A stretch of 63,372 nt of DNA, filler included, from Collodictyon triciliatum (Eukaryota): the NCBI GenBank assembly GCA_043381765.1. It is 4 parts of 4 records of this genome, joined end to end, with 100 filler letters (N's around TTAATTAATTAA, not from the genome) between each part and the next. Parts side by side here need not be neighbours in the genome. Positions count along the whole stretch, not along the records: positions 1 to 18,242 come from JBHJMP010001388.1; positions 18,343 to 36,578 come from JBHJMP010001389.1; 2 more parts are not named here. One strand, written 5' to 3'. Shown here piece after piece: positions 16,861-27,930 of this stretch (its first letter is position 1; every line of letters begins with the position of its first letter). The notes beneath the pieces were generated by a model. That model was given only the letters and a program-made list of their open reading frames with translations, had not been told where the DNA came from and made no database searches. A program made the position numbers and the translations under genes.

Positions 16861-17341
16861 GCTATAGTGAAGGAAAACCATCGGTGGAGATGGCTCTTAT
16901 CAATAAGTCATGCCAATGTTCTTTTCTCAAAACTTTGTTCTGTTGATAGCATTAATTCGTGTCGACACTATAATAAAAAAACAAAAACCGCCCCGTTTAA
17001 TAGCACATCTATTACGTATATAATTCTGTCACTGTTTTTTCCCTCAGTCTCCCGTTCACCTTTTCATTCTAAATTTTCAACTGATATCCAATCACCTTTG
17101 AATCGAATAAAGGGAAAAAAACTTATAGCCAATCACCTTACAATGAAATACCAAAGGAAGAATAGTCATTTCGATAAGAAAATACCGACATAGTAAGAAT
17201 CTGATTTGGGTATCCGTACAAAGTATCCACACAATCCTAGCCTTTATCTGATTTGTTTTCCAAGTCTCGTCTCTTGTTTGACACGCTGTTCTTCCTGAGT
17301 TTGTGAGGAGTACGAAATATCGCATCATCTTCGTCGTCTGC

Positions 17342-18008
17342 TTAGAAACCAGACCCGGACGCGCTGGCCGCAGAAGACCCCCAATTAAGATAGTCCTCCG
17401 ACTCGCTCGCCTGGTATTCGTTGATCAAATTCATCACAACCTCTCTATGAGAAAGAAAAAAAAGGTGAAAAACTCAAAAGGAAGAACAAAGCGTTTCTAT
17501 CCAGGGTCTAAGTCAACCAAGATTAAAAAAATATGCAAATATGATGAGGTATGAAAGATGTGATGAAGGCAATTATTTTGGATATAAACTGTAATAAGAT
17601 AGCCCTTCACATAATATCAAATGAGTTAAATTGGATGTGTTGTTAAAATATTGTCTGATTATTATTATTATTATTATTATTATGCCTTGAGTCATCAAAC
17701 TCGCCCAAATCCTCCGCAAAAAGAGCCTCCTTCTTGTACGCCTCAAGATATGCATTTTTCTTCCTCATTTTGTCGTAGTGGTCGACAGCTTTTTTCATCA
17801 ACTGGGGTGTGCGTAGAGAATTATGTTTTAATATTCAATCACGGCCTTAGTAAAAATGGGACATCACTCAAAGTTATCAGTAATTATGTTTATATAGTTG
17901 TCTACATTCTGTCTCTCTTACAATACGAATCGAGGTGTGATTGGCCATCATAAGGCCACTAACACGATGCGCAGTTTGCACATATGGCGATTTTCGAGAC
18001 AGCGCGAC
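17342..18008 (-). CDS. TUBG: Gamma-tubulin, last three exons (5' part lost at contig end)
   Basis: Spliced translation [90 protein letters not shown] matches the gamma-tubulin C-terminus. Confidence 0.92.
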
Positions 18009-18129
18009 CTTAGTGTTAGTATGCCAGTCAGTTGGATACAAAATAGCCTTTCTGTGACACCATTACTTCTTTTGACATTGCAAGTATTACAAAAACTAAA
18101 CGTAAGATGAATTGGGTAAAAACAAGACG

Positions 18130-18242
18130 AAGCAAAGCAAAGCAAAGCAAAGCAAAGCAAAGCAAAGCAAAGCAAAGCAAAGCAAAGCAAAACAAAGCAA
18201 AACAAAACAAAACAAAACAAAACAAAACAAAACAAAACAAAA
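18130..18242. repeat. (AAAGC)n-(AAAAC)n compound microsatellite at contig end
   Basis: Directly visible. Confidence 0.95.
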
Positions 18243-18342
18243 NNNNNNNNNNNNNNNNNNNNNNNNNNNNNNNNNNNNNNNNNNNNTTAATTAATTAANN
18301 NNNNNNNNNNNNNNNNNNNNNNNNNNNNNNNNNNNNNNNNNN
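18243..18342. other. Artificial contig linker N44-TTAATTAATTAA-N44
   Basis: Identical 100-nt spacer occurs three times; the core has stops in all six frames. Confidence 0.98.
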
Positions 18343-18401
18343 ATCAAAAGATAAAATAAAAATATAAGTTGATGTAATCGCTACCGTCATGAAAAACCAT
18401 T

Positions 18402-18506
18402 AAAAACCCATAAAACCCATAAAACCCATAAAACCCATAAAACCCATAAAACCCATAAAACCCATAAAACCCATAAAACCCATAAAACCCATAAAATCCA
18501 TAAAAT
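18402..18506. repeat. 9-bp tandem repeat (AAAACCCAT)n
   Basis: Directly visible, about 11 copies. Confidence 0.95.
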
Positions 18507-18658
18507 CAAAACGAACACTCTTTTTCCACTGCCTATCCTTTTTATTCAGTATCAGATCCTAGGCAAGAAATCCTTTCTTTTCCATATATCTTTTCGAGAG
18601 CGACATTCGTTTTCACCTTTTAATAAAAGCCTCACAACAAAAACAGCTTAGCTGAGCA

Positions 18659-21600
18659 ATGGAAATTGAGTGCACCTGTCCCTGTTGTGGGAAAACCTTT
18701 GCCGATCCGCGCATTCTTCCCTGCAAGCACGTTTATTGCGTCAATTGCGTCCAAAAGATGAGCAAAACGCCAGTCGATCTGCTTGACGCAAGCAAAGGAA
18801 CAAAGTCGTGCTGCTTTATCTGTGAGGCTGCGTTTACACTCACGAATGGAAAGCCAGAGAGTCTTCCGCGAGCTGAGGAATATTTGGGCTATGTCGAGAC
18901 ATATAAAAATGCGGCAACGTTTGTGTCCCTCAAATGCGTGGAGCATACAGATAAAGAGGCAATCAAGAGGTGCCTGAGCGGGTGCAGCCACATTTGCCAG
19001 GATTGTTTTTCTGCTCATAGAATTTTGTTGAAAGTTCATAAAATCGAGTACGTCATTATTCATTTTACTTTTAATATGTCAACTTAAATTAGGAAAACAT
19101 GTCTGCAGCATTTCTGCAATTCGAATGCATATACCTTTTCATTTACCTTTTTCCATTTTTTTAAAGGGATATCGACAAAACAAGGCCTGTCGTTTTTGAG
19201 AGTGCCTGTTCGAAACATGCACAACCTTTTACAAAAGTTTGTGGCAAACTCTCAGAAAACCCTTTCATGCGTGATATGTGCACTGGGAGTCACTTCGAAG
19301 AACTAGGAATTCATGAGCATGACAGCTATGAGGCTGGCACAAAGAAATTTTTTCAGCATCTCCAAGAAAACAAGGCGAAAATCGAAAAAACTGGAGACTT
19401 GATAAAAGAAAGTGAGAAAAGAGTCGAGGGAAAGCGCAAAAAGGTATCCATCGCAACTGTATTCGTTCTTTAACAATAAAAACATGAAACCTCATTATCT
19501 CTTTGGGTATAAATCAGATTGAAAATTATATCTCGGAACTGAAGAGAGAAGCGTCGAGCGAGTTCGAAAAAGCAAAGAATGCTATCGCCGAAGAGGAAAG
19601 GCGATTCATGGAGAAGGTTCATATTTTTAAGACTGTCGATTTTATCTTTGAAAATAATTGGATTTTAAGTAATTTATTCATAAAAGATTTCCCACTCACT
19701 CTCTTTCATATAGATTGACCAATTCAACAAATCCATTCTGGGGCCATATGTTGCACTCGGGGATTTCTTGGAAACGTTCAAAATTCATCTGGCGTATTCA
19801 TCAAAGTTTATTGACGAGTCTATCCTTGTGTTTACAAAAGACAAGTCGCCTCTTAAGCTGCCAACTGCAAAGCGCATTTCATATTGTGTATTGCAGAAAA
19901 AAATAGTGCAAATTCCTGAAGAAACGCAAGTTTTCTCGGAGAAAATTCCAACATTGGTTCTCTTTCCTAAAAAATCATCTGAAGTCGAATCTGTGCCAAA
20001 TTCCCAACGACTAGGCACCATAACAGGGCAAAGACAGACTGAAAAGATTTCCAATCCAAGCGCACCAACACAGTCCAACCAACCAGCCAGATCAACATCG
20101 GTGGTCATTCCAGTCAAAAACACTCCAAGAGAATCTGTTACAACCAAAATAAACCGAGTGATTGACCAGATTGGAGAGTCAACAGCTGCAATCAAACAAA
20201 AACAACTAATGGGATGCCCAGAGTATGGCGCATTGGGACAGCAGATGGGCGAGTTACAAACTTTAATGCAACAAACTGAATTCAAAGAAGCACCAAAGAA
20301 AGAGATTGGTGGCATTTTCGACAAATTATTCGAAGCAATCAAAAAGGTACAACTTAATTCATATATATGAACTTGTCTACAATTAGGAAATGATTTTATT
20401 CGTAACATCCTCAAATTATTAAAAAGGACGTAAGTTTTCTATCTTTCCAAAATATCCTGTAAATTAGCAGGTATTTTCTAATCTTGTCAAATTATATTAG
20501 TTGGTGAGTATATATAATTCATGAAAAAATAATTGAGTGCGACTTAATCTATATTTTTTCGTGAAAAAAAATTAGTTTTAATAATCACTTTTAATCGATT
20601 TCAGGTGACTATAATTTTCATTCCATTGTTATTATGATTTATTTGAATTAAAAAATGAAAATATGCTTAACAAAATTTCTGCTAAAAATGATTCAAAATC
20701 ATAGATAGTAATTTTTCTGCTTGAAAGAATAAATTCATAAATCATAAGGAAAATATACATTGTTTATGTAAATTATAGCATATGAGTATGAATTCTAACT
20801 GTTGAGTATTTTAACTGACAGATACCAAAATACTAAAATCAAATATATCGCATCATATACCTAAATTTCATTTGAAATCATAGTATGTAAAATTTTGTTA
20901 TTATTGAATAATACTATGTTATGATATTGCCAATAAACGTACGTGTGTTAATGCAAATAAGTCATGGATATGATAAAAGGAAATGCGTGTTTAACCAACG
21001 CGGACATGAATTCGTATTAATACAATATATGATTTCTGTAACTTATTTGTACATAATCATAGTATGTAAGTTTTTATTGTTCTTGGATGATACTGTATTA
21101 TGAAAATGATAAGAATCGATCGCACATGTGATTATGTAAATATGGGATGACTATTATAAAAGGAAATGCATATTCAACATACACACACGAGTTCGCAATA
21201 ATACAATATTTATGTGATTTCTGTGAATTATTTGTGCATAATCTTAGCCTGTAAGTTTTTATTGTTCTTGGATGATACTAAATTATGAAATTGAAAAAAG
21301 AAGCTTATATTTGTTAGTTATATATGTGATGACTATGATAAAGGACATGTGTGTTCAACAGACACATAAGACTACGCAATAATACAATAATTAATGATTT
21401 CTGTGACTTATTTGTACGCATAATTATAGGGAGTAAGTTTTTATTGCTCTTGAATGATAATCTATTATGAAAATGACAAGAAAGGAGCATGCATATGTTA
21501 GTGTAAATACGTAATGGTTATAATGAAAGGACATGGGTGTTGAAAAGACACACACGAAATTGCAACAATACAATAATCTATGATTTCTGTGATTAATTTG

Positions 21601-24600
21601 TGTGTAACCATAGGTTGTAAGTTTTTAATTTTCTTTGATGATAATCTATTATGAAAATGACACGAATCAAGCATACGTGTGAAAATGTAAAGATAGAATA
21701 GCTAAGATAAAAGGAAATGGGTGTTCAACTGACACACACGAGCTCGCAAAAACACAATACTGACATGATTTCTGTGACTTATTTGATTATAATCACAGAT
21801 GGTAAGTTTTTAATGCTCTTGAACGATAATATATTATGAAAATGACAAGAAAGAAGCATGCATATGTTGATGTAAATACGTAATGATTATAATGAAACAA
21901 TATGTGTGTTCAACAGAAACACATACGAATTCGCAATAATTTAATAATTATATGATTTCTCCAACTCCTTTGTCTATAATCATAGTTCGTAAGTTTCTAT
22001 TATTCTTGAATGATAATATATTATGAAAATGATAAGAAGCATACATTTATTTACCTATATACGTGAAGACAATGATAAATGAAATGAGCGTTTAACAGGC
22101 ACACACGAATTCGCAATAATACAATATTATATTATTCTGTGACTTATTTCATTATTATCATCAAAGAATGTAATTTTTTATTGTTCTTTAATGATACTGT
22201 ATTATGAAAATGATAAGAATCGATCGCACATATTATTATGTAAATATGTAATGACTATGATAAGATGAAATGTATATTTAACAGACATATACGAATTTTC
22301 AATAATAAAATATTTATACGATTTCTGTGACTTATTTGATTATAAACATAGCTTGTAAGTTTATATCGTTCTTGAATGACATTATATTATGAAAAATTAC
22401 AAATAAGAATATTTTATTTGTTTATGCATTTATGGAATTACCATGACTAAAGAAATGAAAGTGTTTAACAGACACACACGAATTCTCAATAATATAAGAA
22501 TTATATGAATTCTGTTACTTGTGTGTATAATTATAGGTTGTAAGTTCCTTTTGTTCATAAATGATACTATATTATGAAAATGACAAGAAAGAAGCATACA
22601 TTTGTGCATGTAAATATGGGATGACTATGATAAAATGAAATGTATGTTTAACAGACATATACGAATTCCCAATAATTCAATATTTGTATGATTTATGTGA
22701 CTTATTTCATTATAATCATCAAAGGATGTGAGTTTTTAATATTACTGAATCATAACCTATTATGAAAATGAAAAGAAGCATACACCTATTTATGTATAAT
22801 ATATATGGAATTACTATGATAAAAGGAAATGGGTATTCAAAAGACACACGAATTCTCAACAATTTAATAATTACAAGAATTCTGTTACTTGTGTGTATAA
22901 TTATAGTTTGTAAGTTCCTTTTGTTCATAAATGATAATGTATTATTAAAATGACAAGAAAGAAGCATACATTTGTGCATGTAAATATGGGATGGCTATGA
23001 TAAAAGGAAATGGGTGTTTAACCGGTACATGCGATTTCTCAGAAATACAATATTTTTTGTGATTTATTTTCTATTGTAATCATAGCATGTAAGTTTTTAA
23101 TGTTCTTGAACCAGTAAAATATTATAAAATGACATGAAAGAAGCATACATTTGTTTATGTAGATTTGAGATGATGAAAGGAATGAGGGTTTTTAACAGAC
23201 ACACATGAATTCTCAATAATAAAATATTTATATGATTCATGTGGCAAATTTGTTTATAATAATAGCCTGTAAGTTTCTATGATAATTGATGGCATTTTAT
23301 TATGATAATGACAAGAAAGAAGCATACATGTTTTTATGTAAATTTGGGATGAATATGATAAAAGGAATGAAAGTTTTTAACAGACACACACGAATTTTCA
23401 AAAATACAATATTTATATGATTTACTAACTCATTTTTGCGTAACAATAATAGTATGTAAGTTATTATTGTTCTTGGATACAATAAATATAAAATATCAAG
23501 GAAAAAACATAAATTTGTAAATGTAAATTTGGGATGAATATGATAAAAGGAATAAACGTTTTTTATAGACTCACACGAATTCTCAATAATATAATAATTA
23601 TATGATTTCTGTGACTTATTTGTGTTCAATCATAGCTTGTAAGTTTTTATTGTTTTTTAATGATGCCATAATACTATAAAATATCAAGGAAAAACACAAA
23701 TTTGTTTATAGATTTATGGGATGGCTATGATAAAAGAAATGGATGTTCAACAGACACACACGAATTCTCCATGATACAATATTTATATGATTTCTGTGAT
23801 TTTTTGTGCATACATATATATAGGTTGTAAGTTTTAATTATTCCCGATTGATACTATAGTATGAAAATGACAAGAATCAAGCATTCATTTGTTAATGCAA
23901 ATATGAGATGAACATGATAAAAGAAATGGAATTTCAACCGACACACTAGAATTAGTAATAACAAAATATTTATATAATTTCTGTGACTTATGTGTATAAT
24001 CGTAGTATCTAAGATATATTTGCTCTTTAATTATAAGATATTATGAAAATGAGAATAAGCAAGCACACATTTTTCCATTTAAATATGTGATGACTATGAT
24101 AAAAGGAAATGTGTGTTTAACAGACAAATGCGAATTTGAAGTAACATGTCATTTTGTGCAATTTATACGATTTATGCGCATAATTATAGTTCGTAAGTTT
24201 CTATTGTTCTTAAATGATACTATATTATGAAAATGACAAGAAACGAGCATGCTCATGTTAATGTCAATATGTGATAATATGATAAAAGGACATGCATGTT
24301 TAACCGACGCGCACATGAATTCGCAATAATACAATATATATATGTGATTTCTATGAATTTCGTGTTTAATCAAAGGATGTAAGTTTCTGTTGTTCTTTAA
24401 TGATACTATATAATGAAAATGACAAGAAAAGAGCATGCTCATGTTAATGTAAAAATGTGATGATTATGATAAAAGGAAATGTGTGTTCAACAGACACACG
24501 AAAACGAAATAATACAATATTTATATGATTACTGTGACCTTTTTATGAGTAACCATAGGGAGTGAGATTTATTGTTCTTGAATGATACTTTATTATGAAA

Positions 24601-27600
24601 ATGTTGAAATAAGTATATATTTTTACGAAAATATGTGATGGATATGATAGAAGGAAATGCGTGTTTAAAAGACACAAAAACTCGCAATAATACAATTTAT
24701 ATGATTTCTGCGAATTATTTGATTATAATCATAGCGAGTAAGTTTTTATTGTTTATGAGTGATACTTTGTTATGAAAATGACAACAAGTATACATTTGTT
24801 AATGTAAATATGTGATGATTATGACAAAAGGAAATGCGTGTTTGACAGACACACGAATTCGAAATAATACAATATTTATATGATTTCTGTGACTTATTTG
24901 ATTATAATCATAGCGAGTAAGTTTTTATTGTTTATGAGTGATACTTTATTATAAAAATGACAACAAGCATACATTTGTTAATGTAAATATGTGATGATTA
25001 TTACAAAAGGAAATGCGTGTTTGACAGACAAACGAATTCGCAATAATACAATATTTATATGATTTCTGCAATTTTTTGTGAATAATCGTAGGTTGTAAGT
25101 TTTAATTGTTCGTGAATCATACTATATTATGAAAATTACATGAAAAAACCATACTTAGTCAATGCAAATATGTGATGATTATGAAAAAAGGAAATGCGTG
25201 TTTGACAGACAAACGAATTCGCAATAATAAATTATTTATATGATTTCTGTGACTTATTTGATTATAATCATAGCGAGTAAGCTTTTATTGTTCATTAATG
25301 ATACTATAATATAAAAATGACAAGAAAAAAAGCATATTTAGTTAATATAAATATGTGATAATTATGATAAAATGAAATGAGTGTTAAACCGACACGCACG
25401 AATTCTCAACAATAAAATATTCATATGATATCTGTGACTTTTTTGTGAATAACCATAGGGAGTAAGTTTTTTGTTATTATTGAATCATAATATATTATGA
25501 ATTTGAAAAGAAAGAAGAATAAATTTATGTATTTAAAAATATGATCGATATGATAGAAGGAAATTGTTTCTTAATAGAAACACTCAAATTTGCAATAATA
25601 CAATATTTATATCATTTCTGTCACTTATTTGTGTATAATCATAGCTTGTAAATTTTCGTTCCTATTTAATTATACTTTATAATGAAAATGACAAGAAATA
25701 AGCATGTATTTGTTAATATAAATATAAAACGACTACGACAAAATGTTATGGATGTTAAATAGACACACACGAATTCGAAAAAATACAATATTTATATGAT
25801 TTTTGACTTATTTGTGTACAATCTTAGCGTGTAAGCTATTATTGTTCTTGAATGATATCGCATTTTGAAATTGTCAAGATAGAAGCATTCTTTTGTGTAG
25901 GCAAATATGAATTGACTATGATAAATGGAAATTTATTTTAAACATACAGAAACTAATCCGCAATAATACAATATTTAAATGGTTTCTGTTACTCGTTTGT
26001 AATTATGATAGGTTGTGAGTTTTTATTTTTTCAACTGATAACACAATAAGATATGAAATTTCATTAAATTAAGAAGCTATCGTTTATTATTTTCGTATGA
26101 AACTAGGAATATGTGGTTAATTTATATGATATTTAAAAGACAATTGAATTCTTAATCCAATATCAATTCAATTTTGTATGTTTTTTCTGCAAATGTCACA
26201 ATCATACAATTCCATGCATTTTAATTTCGTTTGATAAGCTGATATTAATTTTTATTCTATCTTATTCTTGATGACTGATTCAGGAGGTAAGTTTCAAGTC
26301 AATATAGGTTAAACAAAAATATGATAGTTAAAGTATGTTTAATTCTAAACCAATTAAGAGAATTAAAAATTCAAACATCATTTACGCAGAAACCAGCGGA
26401 TGTAATTTGGCGAAATTAATTCTGAATAGATTATTATATTTATTCACTTTACTAATTTTATGTTCATATTTAGCTGGTAACTAAAAGAATAATGAATTTT
26501 TATCATTCATAATTCTGAAATTATAATAACTTTACTAATTTAAATTATATCCAGGATAAGGTAAGTCAAATTCTATATCCTTTATTTTCTCCAAAATAAC
26601 AAATCGCAGTTTAATAAAATTCATTATCTATGTTGGTTAAAAACACTAGGATTTTGTGGGTTTCTAATATATTAGATTAAATATTATCTTTATTTCCAAT
26701 TCTAAGCTTTCCTTGTTTAAAATGTCACTTCTGATTATAATTATTTTAATTAAAAATTAATTTTCATTAAAAATTTATTTCAAAACATCAAATGCCATAT
26801 TTTAAAATTTTCAATAACATTCATTAAATTTTAAAGGGAGTATGCTTTCTCGAATTTTTTTTCGAAATTGAAATCAACAGTGTGCTTAATCAATTATTTG
26901 TGAAAAGGGAGTAACCATTCTTTTGATATTTTGAATATTATTCAATTAAATGAAAATAGTATTTTAAAGGATGTATTTTCTTAATCTTAAAATCAGGATG
27001 TGAGATTATAGAATCAAAATGATATTTATTTTGTAAAATATTTATGTCAACATCCAATAATTTACCAACAGGACGTAATTTGCTAATATATATAAAATTG
27101 ATAGAAACACTTTCTACTCACACATTTTTGTAAGCTGGCTGTAAGAATAATAAATTAAAATAAGACAAAAATTAAAATCCATAATATTAACCTCGTCTTT
27201 CTTTAGCTTCGGCTGGTAAAAATTACCATTTTAAAATCAAAAAGTTCAGTACAGCTATACTTCGATTCTTAATATCTTTTCCTCAGGTTAAGATTGTAAT
27301 CTGATATTTTTTGTTATTTTGGAGGGAATCAAAATTTTAATCAAATGCTGTAAAAGGCTGTAAGCTTTAATATTCATTCAAATATCAGAATATGCTTTCA
27401 GATCCTAACCATAATGTTCTACAAATTTCAATCAGCGAGAAATGGTATTTATTTTTCATCGCTCATTTAAACATCATTCATTAACTGACACACAAAACAG
27501 AAGCAACTGGTATTTTGTAATCAATTCCATCGTGTCAATTAATCTACTTCCATTCTAGAGCCTCATAATTTTCCTAGTATCAATAACATCTGCATTCTTA

Positions 27601-27930
27601 TTATTAGGCGGTTTGCTTTATAATTTTCAATTTGAAATCAAACCTTTTTTTCCTTTATTCGATTCAGATTATATTTGAAATCAGGGATGTTTTATTTACA
27701 CACTGATGATATGCTCATTTTTTTATCAGGGAGACTCGGTATACATGAACGCCTTATTCCTCATTTAAATTATCCCGTAATTGGTATCTTATAATTTCAT
27801 TCTTTTATAAAAACCTTTATTTTTAATGTTATTTCAGAATATCCACGTAAGATTTCTATTCCATTTCAATAATAAAACAATAATCCCTTAATCTTATAAG
27901 CCATGTGATTATGCTTTTGTTGCAAAATGA
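18659..27930 (+). CDS. TRIM-like RING / B-box / coiled-coil protein; conventional exons 18659-19048, 19167-19443, 19518-19616, 19714-20346, then a predicted chain of about 45 microexons and a terminal exon 27901-27930
   Basis: RING CPCC..PCKHVYCVNC..CFIC; B-box CVEH..CLSGCSHICQDCFSAH; second B-box-like CSKH; coiled coil. Exon 4 ends in phase 0 (AAG|GTAC) and downstream AG|3n|GT units continue without a stop to PCDYAFVAK*. The RBCC part is well supported; the 3' extension is inferred. Confidence 0.7.
20690..26040 (+). repeat. Tandem array of 30 AT-rich units (period 176-188 bp), each an intron-like repeat plus a variable 3-nt microexon
   Basis: Conserved ...gatttctgtgacttattt...aatcatAG|NNN|GTaagttttt...atgaaaatgacaag... 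in each unit; 29 of 30 units keep both AG and GT. Confidence 0.9.
26284..27930 (+). other. Series of 3-, 6-, 9- and 12-nt in-frame microexons separated by non-repetitive ~55-180-nt introns, plus terminal exon
   Basis: AG|exon|GT at 26284-6, 26390-401, 26474-6, 26555-60, 26650-5, 26837-9, 26908-10, 26997-9, 27072-4, 27135-40, 27207-15, 27287-95, 27357-9, 27436-44, 27501-9, 27608-10, 27730-8, 27838-46. Confidence 0.7.

Noticed and set aside
18287-18298. TTAATTAATTAA palindrome as a biological motif (also at the other two gaps)
   Set aside because: Embedded in N runs; an artificial six-frame-stop linker.
18402-18506. (AAAACCCAT)n as a telomeric repeat
   Set aside because: Only about 11 copies, with non-repeat sequence on both sides, and similar to the many other simple repeats in the window.
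20921-24442. Short ORFs within the array (20921-21103, 22762-22953, 23300-23629, 24149-24442 etc.)
   Set aside because: Chance open frames in AT-rich repeat units, not conserved between units.
20690-26040. CRISPR array or plain centromeric satellite interpretation of the ~183-bp repeat
   Set aside because: Eukaryotic context, no cas genes, and the variable part is only 3 nt. A neutral satellite would not explain the retained AG/GT around a stop-free variable triplet in phase with the upstream exon.
26040-26280. Additional candidate microexons (GAATATGTG 26107-15; 36-nt 26140-75), also 26970-2 and 27668-88
   Set aside because: Weak donors or implausibly short flanking introns; left out of the model pending cDNA.
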